Shown: positions 40,898 to 52,827, counted from the first letter of the stretch. The stretch: 64,000 nt of DNA from Candidatus Limnocylindria bacterium (GCA_035559675.1 DATMAZ010000224.1:670-64669); one strand, 5' to 3'. Numbers and translations are program-made. Notes: generated from the letters alone by a model not told the origin.

Positions 40898-41273
40898 CGG
40901 CGCCCCGTCGTCAAGTTCGTGCCCTCGTTCGCGTAGTCGTTCTTCTTCTCGAACGCGCGGGTCCTCTTGCGGAGAGGCTCATTCGGGTCCTCTTTCGCAC
41001 AGACCCCGGACGGGGTGGTACGCGGCTCACCAGGTAGAACGCGACTCTTCTCGTGTGTCCCTCTTCTCGGTGCCGGAGGGGCCGGCGTTGGGAGCCCTCC
41101 TGCGCGCGAAAGGCAGTGTCCGCATACCCGGGTGGGGGTGCGCCGCCGTGTCCGCATTTTGTCCGTGTCGCGCTCCGAACTACCCCGACCACGCCCTGTC
41201 CGCGCGCGCCGCCGAGCTGCGCCGTGCCTCGCGTTCTCGGGCCTCGTCGGTGCAGCTCGCGCGCCGGAAAAGA

Positions 41274-41312
41274 TTCGAAGCCTGACGCTCTATCCAGCTG
41301 AGCTACGGGCGC
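41274..41312 (+). repeat. Direct repeat copy 2 (partial tRNA-Arg, nt 1-39 only)
   Basis: Identical to 38143-38181. Sequence diverges exactly after the anticodon loop. A degenerate T-arm-like stretch lies at 41171-41190. Confidence 0.8.
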
Positions 41313-41397
41313 AGGGACCGAGGCGCTTCTAACTCGGGCGCCGAGCGGAGTCGAGCGCGGGCGGGCATGGTGCCAGGCACCAGCGCTTGCAGCCGGC

Positions 41398-42888
41398 TCA
41401 CGCCGTGACAACGCGGTTGGAGAAACGCCGTACGGATCGCGTCACCCTGAGCGCGCCCTGGACGGCGGCGGCGTGCAGCTCGGCGAAGGCGTCGCTCACC
41501 GCCTCCGACAGCTCCTCCAGGTCCGGGACGAGATCCCAGTCGGCGTTGAGCCCGAAGCACAGCGAGTCGTGGTAGCTGAGAATCGCCACGCCCACGCCCT
41601 GCTGCTCGAACAGCGGCACGAGAGGAAACGCGCCCACCATGCGGGCGCCCAACAGGTAGAGCGGCACGTCCGGGCCCGGCACGTTGGTGACGATCAGGTT
41701 GTAGGGAGCGAGGAAGGTCACGAGCTTCAAGGCGAGCGACAACAGCGTGCCCGGCATCGCGAACTCGGCCGCCCAGCCGAGCAGCTCGGCCGCCCGCTCC
41801 TGCCGCGTCTCCTTCAGCCAGCGGGTGGTCCGCCGCACGGCCGCGTAGCGCTTGCGCACGTTGGGCTCGCCGACGGGCAGCGTCGCGAGCCATCCGGAGG
41901 CCCGGTTGCTGAGACGGCCGCGCTCGTCCTCGCGCCGCACGCTGACGGGCACGACGACGCGGAACTCGCCGCGGCGGGGGTCGCGGCCCCGATTCTCCAG
42001 GAACCGCCGCATGCCGCCGGCGATGGTGGCGAGCACGACGTCGTTGATCGTGCCTCCGAAGCGCTCGCGCACCGCCTGCACGTCGGCCAGGCGCAGCCGG
42101 TGCCAGTCGAAGCGCCGGTGCGGCCCGATGCGGCGATTGAGGGGCGTCGGCGCCGGCGGCCTGAGTCCACTCGCCACGAAGTCGAGCACGCTGGTCACGC
42201 CGGCAGCGGCCTGCCGCACGAGCTCGGTGGCGCTGCGCACCTGGGCCAGCAGCTGAGCCGCGGCGCCGAGCGGCTCGGTCACCTGCCGCACGAGCTCGTC
42301 CCGCAGCAGCCGCCAGCCCTCGGGCGCCGGCTGCGGCGTCCAGGGGCGTGGCGCATCGACGTGCGTCTCGGGCGTGAGCCGCAGCAGCGCGCCGAAAAAC
42401 TCGAACGCCGAGATGCCGTCCGCCATGGCGTGGTGGCACTTCACCACTACCGCGAAGCGGTCGTCCGCCAGGCCTTCGACCACCCAGAGCTCCCAGAGCG
42501 GCTTGCCGCGATCGAGCTGCTGCGAGACGATGCGCGACACCACGGCCCGCAGCTCGTCGTCCCCTCCCGGCCGCGGCAGCGCGGTGTGCCGCACGTGGTA
42601 ATCGATGTTGAACTGCGCGTCGTCGACCCAGACCGGTTGCCCGGTGAGCGGGACGAACGCGAGCCGTTGCCGGTAGCGCGGCGCGAGGTGCAAGCAAGCC
42701 GCGACGTGCGCCCGAATGCGCTCGATCGCGATCCCGCCGTCGGGCTTGGCGAGCGGCCCCGCTTCGAAGATCGCGACGCCGCCGAGATGCATGTGCGTGT
42801 GACGGTCTTCGAACAGCAGGAACGAGCGATCCTGCGCGGATAACCGCTCGTACCCGATCCCGTCCGTCACACCACCACCCCGGCGCAT
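41398..42888 (-). CDS. Wax ester synthase/diacylglycerol acyltransferase (WS/DGAT)
   Basis: N-terminal ERLSAQDRSFL...MHLGGVAIFE and the active-site HHAMADG motif. Confidence 0.8.
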   Translation of the reverse strand: MRRGGGVTDGIGYERLSAQDRSFLLFEDRHTHMHLGGVAIFEAGPLAKPDGGIAIERIRAHVAACLHLAPRYRQRLAFVPLTGQPVWVDDAQFNIDYHVRHTALPRPGGDDELRAVVSRIVSQQLDRGKPLWELWVVEGLADDRFAVVVKCHHAMADGISAFEFFGALLRLTPETHVDAPRPWTPQPAPEGWRLLRDELVRQVTEPLGAAAQLLAQVRSATELVRQAAAGVTSVLDFVASGLRPPAPTPLNRRIGPHRRFDWHRLRLADVQAVRERFGGTINDVVLATIAGGMRRFLENRGRDPRRGEFRVVVPVSVRREDERGRLSNRASGWLATLPVGEPNVRKRYAAVRRTTRWLKETRQERAAELLGWAAEFAMPGTLLSLALKLVTFLAPYNLIVTNVPGPDVPLYLLGARMVGAFPLVPLFEQQGVGVAILSYHDSLCFGLNADWDLVPDLEELSEAVSDAFAELHAAAVQGALRVTRSVRRFSNRVVTA

Positions 42889-42932
42889 TTATGACGAACG
42901 GCGGTCGGAAGGTAAAGACGCCTGGGGCGAAA

Positions 42933-45467
42933 TCAGACGCCGAGATCGCCGCGCAGCGTCTCGATACGGCTCAGCGCGTCACCGGAGCCCTCCGACAGCG
43001 CCGCGCCGAGCTCCAGATCGGTGATCTGCTTGGGCTGCAGGCGCACGACCTTCTTCCCGAACCGCACCACGGCGCGGCGCGCCGTGCGAAGGGCCTTGCC
43101 GACCTTCTTCGGCCGTCCGGCGTCGAGCGCCGCTTCGGCGGCGTCGATCTTGCGGCCGGCCTTGTCGAGGAGCTTGACGAGCGTCGCCCGTCCCTTCGGC
43201 GTCACCGAATCGGAGGCGAGCATCGCGCCAAGGCCGGCGAGCCGGCAGCGCACGCTATCGAAGCCCAGCACGGGCGCGAACTGGCAGCCGCTCGCCGGCT
43301 CGCAGCTGCCGATTTCGCACGGGTCGTCCGCCGTGCACTCGAGCGGATCGGGCGTGCACACGCCGTCGACGCAGTCGGTGCCGGCACAGCGGCCGAGGGG
43401 ATCGCAGTCGAACACGTCGCCGCACGGAATGCAGGCCTCGGGCGAGTCCGTGGAGCACACGGGCGCAAAGCGGCACTCCAGGCAGTTGGACCCCGGGGCA
43501 CCGTTGAGCGCGCCGAGATCGCACTCCTCGCCGCAATCGACGATCTCGTTGCCGCAGGCCTCGACCTCGCACACGGCCGAGCAGCCGTCGCAGGCCGTGG
43601 TGTTGAAGTCGTCGCACTCCTCCGCGCACTCGGTGACGCCGTTGCCGCAGCCTTCCACCTGGCAGAAGTGCGAGCAACCGTCGCAGTCCTCGCTGTTGCC
43701 GTCGTCGCAGCCCTCGCCGGGATCCTCTACGCCGTTGCCGCAGGTGGGGAGGGCCATCAGCAGGCACATGTCGTCGCACGTCTCGCTCGGTCCGCCGTCG
43801 TCGCACTGCTCGCTGCACTCGACCCGCCCGTTGCCGCAGCCCTCCTCCCGGCACTGTGCCGAGCAGGCCCCGGCGTCGCAGTCGATCGGCGCACCCGTGT
43901 CGCACTCCTCCCCGCATTCGACTATCCCGTCGCCGCAGACGTCGTCGCGACGCGAGCAGTCGGCTGCGCAGCCGTCGCAGGCCGTGGTGTTGCCGTCGTC
44001 GCACGCCTCGGCCACGCCGTGCTCATCGCACCCGAGCCGCCCGTCGCCGCAGCGCTCCGTTTGACAGGTTGGCGAGCAACCGTCGCACGACTCCGTGTTG
44101 CCATCGTCGCAGGTCTCGCCCGTCTCGGTAATCCCGTTGCCACAGCTCGTCGCCGGGAGCCCACCGCACGGGACCAGATCCGGCTCCACCAGGATGTCTG
44201 GCGTGGGCTGCAGCACAGCACCGGCGAGATCGGGCGGATTGGCGGCATCGCGGTGCTGGAGGAGAATGAAGAGCCCTGCCCGCACGGTGCCGTGGACGGC
44301 AAGGTCCTCGCTCCGCAGCCCGACACCCCCACCGCTGCCGGAGGCGTCGATCACGACCCCGGCCGGCACGGTCACCGCGCACCAGCCGATCGCGTTCACG
44401 TCGCCGCCGGCACAGGTGAGGCAGGTGCCCCGCACGTCGATCGGCCCCACCGTGACGCTGCGCTCGCCGAAGAGATCGATACTGCCGCCGACGCCCAGCT
44501 GGTCGCGGCCGAGCGAGGTGATCTTGGCCGTCTGCACGAGGTCGATGCCGGCGGCGGCGTCGAAGTCGCCGCCGTCCCCGTCCGGGATCGCACCCGAGAG
44601 GTCGATGGGCGCATTCAGCCGGATGTTCCCCCCGAGCGCGTCGATGGTGATGTCGCCGCCGCTCCCGCCGGCGTCCGTACCACTCGTCCCCTGGACGCTG
44701 ATCGGGATGTTCACCTCGACGTCGCCGGTCGTGGCGCTGATGTCGACCGCGCCACCGTCACCCTCGACTCCCACGGCCTTGGCGTCGAGCCGGGCGCCAC
44801 TCAGCCCAAGCGTGGTCATGGAGCCGCCGGCCCCGATCGAGATCGTGCCGCCGGCGATCCCGGCCGTGACGTCGACCACGCCGCTCACCCGCACGTCGCC
44901 GCCCAGCGCGACGAGCTCGATATCACCGCCGATGCCGTTGGCGCCAGCCCTCGCATCGACCTCGCCGGAGATCAGCACGTCGCCTTCCGCCATAAGGCCG
45001 ATCGACCCGCTGCCGGCGTCGGCCCCCGAGCCTTGCGCGGTGACGATGCCCTGCACCTCGATGTCGGCGGCCGAGTCCACGGTGATGACGCCCGGGAAGG
45101 TGAAGTCACCCACGTCGATACGCGCCCGGGCCGTCCCCGCGCGCAGCACGGCGACATTGCCGCTCGTCGTCACCACCATGATGCTCCCGCCGCGCGCGAG
45201 CAACGCGCTGCCCGGGTTGAGTGTCACGCTGCCGGCAACGATCGTCATGCTGCCGCTTCCCGCGTCGAGCCGCGTGCCGGAGCCCGCCGCCAGCACGAGC
45301 GCTCGCCCGCCGAGGTCGATCACCGAGCCGTTGGTGACCGCGACCGTGTTGCCCTGCGGCACGACGCACGGGTCGGCCGTTGGCGCGCACAGGTCGTCGG
45401 CGGTCGTGGCCCACGCCGGCGAGCACGTCAGCAGTGCGAGGAGAAACCACCCGCAGCGCGCTCTCAC
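42933..45467 (-). CDS. Large secreted surface protein: parallel beta-helix-like G/D-rich repeats + about 12 Myxococcus cysteine-rich repeats + C-terminal Arg/Lys-rich module
   Basis: Signal peptide from GTG 45467 (MRARCGWFLLALLTCSPAWA); repeated CGNGxxExGEECDDGNTxxxDGCSxxC units; C-terminal basic helical tail. Confidence 0.7.
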   Translation of the reverse strand: MRARCGWFLLALLTCSPAWATTADDLCAPTADPCVVPQGNTVAVTNGSVIDLGGRALVLAAGSGTRLDAGSGSMTIVAGSVTLNPGSALLARGGSIMVVTTSGNVAVLRAGTARARIDVGDFTFPGVITVDSAADIEVQGIVTAQGSGADAGSGSIGLMAEGDVLISGEVDARAGANGIGGDIELVALGGDVRVSGVVDVTAGIAGGTISIGAGGSMTTLGLSGARLDAKAVGVEGDGGAVDISATTGDVEVNIPISVQGTSGTDAGGSGGDITIDALGGNIRLNAPIDLSGAIPDGDGGDFDAAAGIDLVQTAKITSLGRDQLGVGGSIDLFGERSVTVGPIDVRGTCLTCAGGDVNAIGWCAVTVPAGVVIDASGSGGGVGLRSEDLAVHGTVRAGLFILLQHRDAANPPDLAGAVLQPTPDILVEPDLVPCGGLPATSCGNGITETGETCDDGNTESCDGCSPTCQTERCGDGRLGCDEHGVAEACDDGNTTACDGCAADCSRRDDVCGDGIVECGEECDTGAPIDCDAGACSAQCREEGCGNGRVECSEQCDDGGPSETCDDMCLLMALPTCGNGVEDPGEGCDDGNSEDCDGCSHFCQVEGCGNGVTECAEECDDFNTTACDGCSAVCEVEACGNEIVDCGEECDLGALNGAPGSNCLECRFAPVCSTDSPEACIPCGDVFDCDPLGRCAGTDCVDGVCTPDPLECTADDPCEIGSCEPASGCQFAPVLGFDSVRCRLAGLGAMLASDSVTPKGRATLVKLLDKAGRKIDAAEAALDAGRPKKVGKALRTARRAVVRFGKKVVRLQPKQITDLELGAALSEGSGDALSRIETLRGDLGV
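43300..44200 (-). repeat. Tandem coding repeats (Myxococcus cysteine-rich repeat units) inside the 42933-45467 gene
   Basis: Recurrent DNA units (...gcactcctc...gccgttgccgcag...) encoding CGNG...CDDGN...C. Confidence 0.6.
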
Positions 45468-45619
45468 GTACGGGTCGCTACGCGTGGGGACAGAGCCTGT
45501 CAAGCGAGCTGCGCATGGCAGCTGCGCGGTTCGATGCGGCGTCGTGGGCCAACTGCGATGACTGTTCGGTCGGTGGTCGGGCTTGACGTGCACCCGGGCG
45601 AGGCGGCTACTCAGGGGCC

Positions 45620-46165
45620 ATGGCTACGCTCCAGATTCTGTCGCCCGTGTCGCTCGGTCCCAGTGAAGCCCGCGCGCTCGTGCCCCCGCTGCCGTCGCTC
45701 GCGGGCCGCCGGCTCGGGATTCGCGTCGACCGAGCCTGGCGATCGTTTCACTGGGTCGCGGACGAGGTCGCTCAGCACGCCCGCAAGCGGCTCGGCGCGG
45801 CCGACGTTGTGCTCTTCGACCCCGACATCCGCCTTGGCGCGCCCGAAACCGAGACCGACAAGATCCGCGTGTTCGCCTCCGACGTCGACGCGGCGCTGGT
45901 CGGCCTCGGCACTTGAGGGTCGTGCACGTCGTGGAGTGTCCACGACACGCTGGTCTGTGAGGCGACGGGGATTCCCGCGGTGGTCGTGGTGACCGAGGTG
46001 TTCGTCAACCTGGCGCGCACCGCCGCGCGGGCCCACGGGCTTCCCGATCTGCGGCTGGTGGCGCTGCCGCATCCGCTGGAGTCCCGGACGGAGGCCGATG
46101 TCCGCGCCATCGCCCGCGCCCGGATGCGCGACCTCCTCGGCCCGCTGGCCCGCGACGTGGGCTGA
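45620..46165 (+). CDS. UGSC-family selenoprotein candidate (in-frame TGA at 45914-45916 read as selenocysteine)
   Basis: A single reading frame from ATG 45620 to TGA 46163-46165 is interrupted only by TGA 45914-45916. Flanking residues read ...[23 protein letters not shown]... (the UGSC motif). Both halves show coding GC3 bias. A SECIS-like hairpin lies 12 nt downstream. Confidence 0.65.
45917..45950 (+). promoter_or_regulatory. Putative bacterial SECIS element
   Basis: Perfect hairpin gucgugga-GUG-uccacgac at 45928-45946 (8-bp stem, GU-containing apical loop), beginning 12 nt after the UGA. Confidence 0.55.
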
Positions 46166-46213
46166 GGACCCGACCCAGGATTCGCGACCGGCCTTGTGCT
46201 ACACGAGCCGGCG

Positions 46214-47308
46214 ATGGCACGCGGCACGCTGCTCTCCGAGCTTGCCACCGTCGCGGACGATCCCGACGCGCTGCTCGACTACGTGGAGGCGCAGGGGTGG
46301 GGCGACGGGCTGCCCGTCGTGCCGCCGACGGAAGCACGCGTGCAGACGATGCTCGACGCCACACCCCTTCCTCCGAGCCACGTGGTGGGCGTGGTGGAGC
46401 CGCGACGCGGCGAGGCGACGGTCGAGAAGATCGCGGTGAACGCCGTGCTCGCCGGCTGCCGGCCGGCCTATCTGCCGGCCGTTATCGCCGCGGTCGAAGC
46501 GGTGTGCGATCCGCGCTTCAATCTCTACGCGGTCAACACGACCACCTGCTGCGCCACACCCGCGCTCGTGCTGAACGGGCCGGCGCGCCACGCGCTCGGC
46601 GTGGAGTGCGGCTACTCGTGCCTCGGGCACAACGGACGCGCGAACGCGACCATCGGGCGCGCGCTCCGCCTGGTGATGCGCAACGTGGGCGGCGCGCTGC
46701 CGGGGGTGGTCTCCAAGTCGACCTTCGGGCAGCCGGGCCGCGTGAGCCTCTGCTTCGGCGAATGGGAGGAGCGCAGCCCGTGGGAGCCGCTGCACGTCCG
46801 CCGCGGGTTCGCGCCCACCGACAGCGTGATGACCGTCACCTGTGCCACCGGCACGCAGGACATCGCCGACATCTGGGCCGAGAGCGGCGAAGAGCTCGTG
46901 CTGCTGCTCGCGCGCTCGATCGACTGGATCGGCAACAACAAGGTGCTGGTGCCGCAGGACAAAGGCGACATGCTGCTCGTCCTCTGCCCCGACTTCGCCC
47001 ACAAGATCGCGCGCGACGGCCTCACGGTGCCCGACGTGCAGCGGATGCTCCTCGAGCACACGCGCACGCCCATCGAACGCTGGCCGCGCGGATACTGGCC
47101 CAAGCTCGAGGCCCGCGGCTACGTCGAGAACGGCACCGTGCCGCTCGCCGCTTCCCCGGAACAGTTCCTGCTTGCGGTGGCGGGCGGCGAAGGCGGCCAC
47201 CACGCCGTGTACTTCTGCACCTTCGGGCTTACCTGGACGGTGTCGCGTCGCTTCGATCTCGCCGCGGCTACCGAGGGCGAGGTGTGCGAGTTGCCCTCGC
47301 GCGCCTAG
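46214..47308 (+). CDS. Conserved hypothetical protein (Cys-containing; TTTCCATPA motif)
   Basis: Long ORF with coding GC3 bias immediately downstream of the selenoprotein; no confident family assignment. An alternative GTG start lies at 46196. Confidence 0.5.
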   Translation: MARGTLLSELATVADDPDALLDYVEAQGWGDGLPVVPPTEARVQTMLDATPLPPSHVVGVVEPRRGEATVEKIAVNAVLAGCRPAYLPAVIAAVEAVCDPRFNLYAVNTTTCCATPALVLNGPARHALGVECGYSCLGHNGRANATIGRALRLVMRNVGGALPGVVSKSTFGQPGRVSLCFGEWEERSPWEPLHVRRGFAPTDSVMTVTCATGTQDIADIWAESGEELVLLLARSIDWIGNNKVLVPQDKGDMLLVLCPDFAHKIARDGLTVPDVQRMLLEHTRTPIERWPRGYWPKLEARGYVENGTVPLAASPEQFLLAVAGGEGGHHAVYFCTFGLTWTVSRRFDLAAATEGEVCELPSRA

Positions 47309-47358
47309 CCGCGGCGAAACCTTGCGCCCCGCCCCGCCCGCCACTACGCTGCGCGCCC

Positions 47359-49322
<1,964 letters not shown>

Positions 49323-49326
<4 letters not shown>

Positions 49327-50768
49327 GAAGGCCCGCGGTGGGGGTGGTCCTGACCAACACGCTGTCGGGGAGGAAGGAGCCGCTCGAGCCCCTCGAGCCC
49401 GGCCACGTACGGCTCTACTGGTGCGGGGTCACGGTCTACGCGCCCTGCCACGTAGGGCACGCGCGAGCACTGATCGCCGCCGACGTGCTCTACCGTTGGC
49501 TGCGCGCCCGCGGGCTCCGCGTCACCTTCGTGCGCAACTTCACCGACATCGACGACAAGATCATCCGCCGCGCTCACGAAGAGGGCATCGACCCCGCGGC
49601 GCTCGCCGAACGCGAGATCGCGGGCTTCCAGCGCGACGTCGCCGTGCTCGGCTGTCTCGCGCCCACCCACGAGCCGCGGGCCACCCGGCACATCGAGGAC
49701 ATGGTGGCGATGATCGGGCGGCTCGTGGACCGCGGCTTCGCCTATCCGGTCCCCGGCGGGAGCGTCTACTTCCGTGTCCGTCGCTTCCCCGACTATGGAA
49801 AGCTCTCGCACCGCCGCCTCGAGGACATGGAGGCCGGCGAGGAGATCGACCCCGGCAAAGAGGACCGCCACGACTTCGCGCTCTGGAAGGGCGCCAAGCC
49901 GGGCGAGCCCGCGTGGCCGAGCCCCTGGGGGCCGGGCCGGCCGGGCTGGCACATCGAGTGCTCCGCCATGGCGGCCCGCTTTCTCGGCCAGCCGATCGAC
50001 ATCCACGGCGGCGGCAGCGACCTCGTCTTCCCACACCACGAGAACGAGCTCGCGCAGTCCGAGGCCGACGGCGGCACGCCCTTCGCCCGGCTCTGGGTGC
50101 ACAACGGCATGATCACGTTCGGCGCCGAGAAGATGTCGAAGTCGCTCGGCAACGTGCGCGCCATCGCCGACGTGACCGCCGAGGTACCCGGCGAAGCGCT
50201 TCGCATGCTGTTCCTGCAGACCCACTACCGCGCTCCGCTCGACTTCTCCGGCAGCCGGCTCGACGAAGGACGCCGCGCGCTGGTGCGCGTCTGCGAGGCG
50301 CTGGCGCGCGCCGACGCGGGCGGCCTCACCCCGGCGCCCCACCCGCTCGACGGCGTGCTCGCCGCGCCGTCCTCGGAATTCGAGCGCCGCTTCTGCGAGG
50401 CGATGGACGACGACCTCAACGCCGCCAAGGCGCTCGGCCTGGTGTTCGACCGCATCACCGATTTGAACCGCGCCCTCGACGCCGGCGACCGCGCCACCGC
50501 GGCCGTGCTGCGCGACGAGATCGATCGCGCGAGCGTGTCGTTGGGGCTCCTCTCGGACGCACCGGCGGCGCTGCTCGAGCGCATGAACGTCCAGGCGCGC
50601 GAGCGCGCCGGGCTCTCGCCGGAGGAGATCGAAACCGCGATCGCCGCTCGACATGCGGCCCGCAAGCGGCGCGATTTCAAGGAAGCCGACGCCATCCGGG
50701 AGCGGCTCCGCACTCACGGCATCGTGCTGGAGGACGGCCCGGGCGGCACCACCTGGCGGGCCGAATAG
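49323..50768 (+). CDS. cysS: Cysteine--tRNA ligase
   Basis: HIGH-type motif CHVGHAR and KMSKS motif; Zn-binding Cys. The GTG at 49323 overlaps the acs stop. Internal GTG starts at 49338 or 49344 are also possible. Confidence 0.85.
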
Positions 50769-50896
50769 CAGGTGCTCCACCCTTGACCGCAGCGACCAGC
50801 CGCTGTTAGCGTCCCGCCTCGTGCGCCGAGCCACCCTGGTGGTGATGCTCCTCGCCGGACGCGCCACCCAAGGCGAGCCTGGCGGTCCTCCCCGAG

Positions 50897-52432
50897 GTGT
50901 CGGCCGACGCGAACGTCCACGGCGCCGCCATCCTTTCCTACGAGAAGGAGGTGGACCTCATCTCGGAGACGCTCGCCCCGATCGTCATCGGCCCGCTGGT
51001 GGTCGTGCCGGTCGCCGACGTGACGGCCAAGCTCGAGGGCGGCGCATCGGGCCGGTTCTCGAGCGGGATCAACGGCCGCGCCGTTTTCGAGACGTCGGTC
51101 ACCGTCTCCACCAACCAGAGCCAGCCGCAGTTCGAGGATCTCGCGCTCCGCGAGATCGGCTTCAGCCCGAACGACACGCGCGTCACGTTGCACGCCGACG
51201 CCAAGATCGGCGTCGGCTCGCGGCTGAACCTGCTGCTGTTCGGCGTGACGGGTCCGTACGCGACCGCCCGCGCCTGCGCGCGCATCGCCGCGAACGTCCT
51301 CGCCTCGCCCTGCTGGACGCTCTACAGCGGCATCGACGCCGAGCTAGGCGTCCGCGTGACGACCCCGGCGATCCCGGTGCTCGGGCAGCTCGTGCTGGTC
51401 GACGTCCGCACGCCCGCGCTCTCCGCGCTCGACCTGGAGGTCGCCAGCGGCGACTGCAAAGCCCCGCCGGACGAGTCCACGCTGCCCCCCGGCAGCGGCC
51501 CCGATGCCATCCGCTTCGCCAATCCGACGTACACACCGTGGTCGCGGACGTTCGCGTCACCCATCGACGACATTTTCGCCGGGAGGTTCTCGGGGGGCTA
51601 CGTCGACCTCCAGCGGACGCTCGACGGCCATTACGTGCCTTCGGGCAGGGCGTCCAATGCCGTCGTCAAGCTGGACGAGAACGGGGCGCTCGTCTGGGCG
51701 CGCGAGCTGCGGACCGACACGGACTACGTGCTCCCGCGGCGTGTCCCGTCCTCCGACGACGCCGAGCTGCTGGTGGTGTCGCGGATTCCGACCGCTCCCA
51801 TCCTGCTCACGCGGCTCGCACAGGATGGCAGCGTGACGGATGCGCGCGCCTACGACGTCGCGGGGAGCTCGTGCGGGGTCAATCCGGTGGGGCTCGTGTC
51901 CGACGGCGCCGGCGGTGCCTGGGTCGCGGGGTCGTGCGACGGTGGGGAGGCGCAGGCGTTTCTGCTGCACGCCGGCAGGGACGGGACCAGCCTCTGGACC
52001 CTGCACTCGGAGTTCCTCCGCATCGACCTGGTCGAGCGCATCGGAAGCGACGCGTTCGTCGCCGGCCGCGAGCGCCGCGCTGGTCGGATTCGGCGGTGCG
52101 GGCCACGTGCAATGGGCGACGCCGGGTGCCCGCCAGCGCTCTGGTCCGGTCGCCGTGCGCTTGAGCGACGACGGCGGCGTCGTGGCAACCGCGCTGCTCG
52201 AGCACCCCCCCTCGGCGCGCTCTGGGCTTTCAAACCCTTCGCCAGAGATGGGTTCCTCGACTTCCTTGCCGGCACGGCCAGCGCGGATCCGCTCGGGATT
52301 GCCAGTCTCGACTGCTCGATGACCGCGAGCGATGCCAACGTCGAGGTGGTCCCGGTGTCCGTCGCCGTGAAGAGCGTCGCACTGACCTCCACGCCCCGCA
52401 CCCTCGACGTCGCCGCACAGACCGCGACCTGA
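50897..52432 (+). CDS. Hypothetical protein; possible compensating frameshifts around 52070-52220
   Basis: GTG start, the first start after the stop at 50843. A central Arg-rich stretch in this frame is paralleled by a more protein-like overlapping frame (ORF 51840-52322). Confidence 0.35.
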   Translation: MSADANVHGAAILSYEKEVDLISETLAPIVIGPLVVVPVADVTAKLEGGASGRFSSGINGRAVFETSVTVSTNQSQPQFEDLALREIGFSPNDTRVTLHADAKIGVGSRLNLLLFGVTGPYATARACARIAANVLASPCWTLYSGIDAELGVRVTTPAIPVLGQLVLVDVRTPALSALDLEVASGDCKAPPDESTLPPGSGPDAIRFANPTYTPWSRTFASPIDDIFAGRFSGGYVDLQRTLDGHYVPSGRASNAVVKLDENGALVWARELRTDTDYVLPRRVPSSDDAELLVVSRIPTAPILLTRLAQDGSVTDARAYDVAGSSCGVNPVGLVSDGAGGAWVAGSCDGGEAQAFLLHAGRDGTSLWTLHSEFLRIDLVERIGSDAFVAGRERRAGRIRRCGPRAMGDAGCPPALWSGRRALERRRRRRGNRAARAPPLGALWAFKPFARDGFLDFLAGTASADPLGIASLDCSMTASDANVEVVPVSVAVKSVALTSTPRTLDVAAQTAT

Positions 52433-52827
52433 GCCCTAGCTCACGGCCGGGACCATCCAAGCTCCGAGCGGACTCCGCCGCTCAGCCGCGACCGCAGAGG
52501 CCCCGCGCGGCGTCGCAGGTGCCGTCGCAGACGGTTCCGTCCTGCGCCCCGGTACACACGTTGCGGACCGACCACAGGCCAGCCGTGGTCGTGACGAGCG
52601 CCGCGCCCGTTGTAGCAGCCGAACTGAAGCTCGCAGCAGAGCGAGTTTGGCTCCGGGAAGGTCCCGATGCCACACGTCGCGGTCGCCTTGAGACTCAGCC
52701 GCCGATCGCTCGCGATGGTCGCCCGCGATACGCCGACGGCGGCTGCCGTCGCCTGCGTATCGCGCTACCGGGCGCGCGTGGCGTCGTTCCGCAGCTACCC
52801 CGCCACACCGTCGCAGGAGGCACACCG

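Noticed and set aside
41171-41312. Intron-containing tRNA interpretation of the second tRNA-half copy
   Set aside because: The putative 3' half (T-arm-like stretch) is degenerate, there is no matching acceptor-stem 3' strand, and the ~85-nt spacer is far too short for a bacterial group I intron. A decayed or partial copy is more parsimonious.
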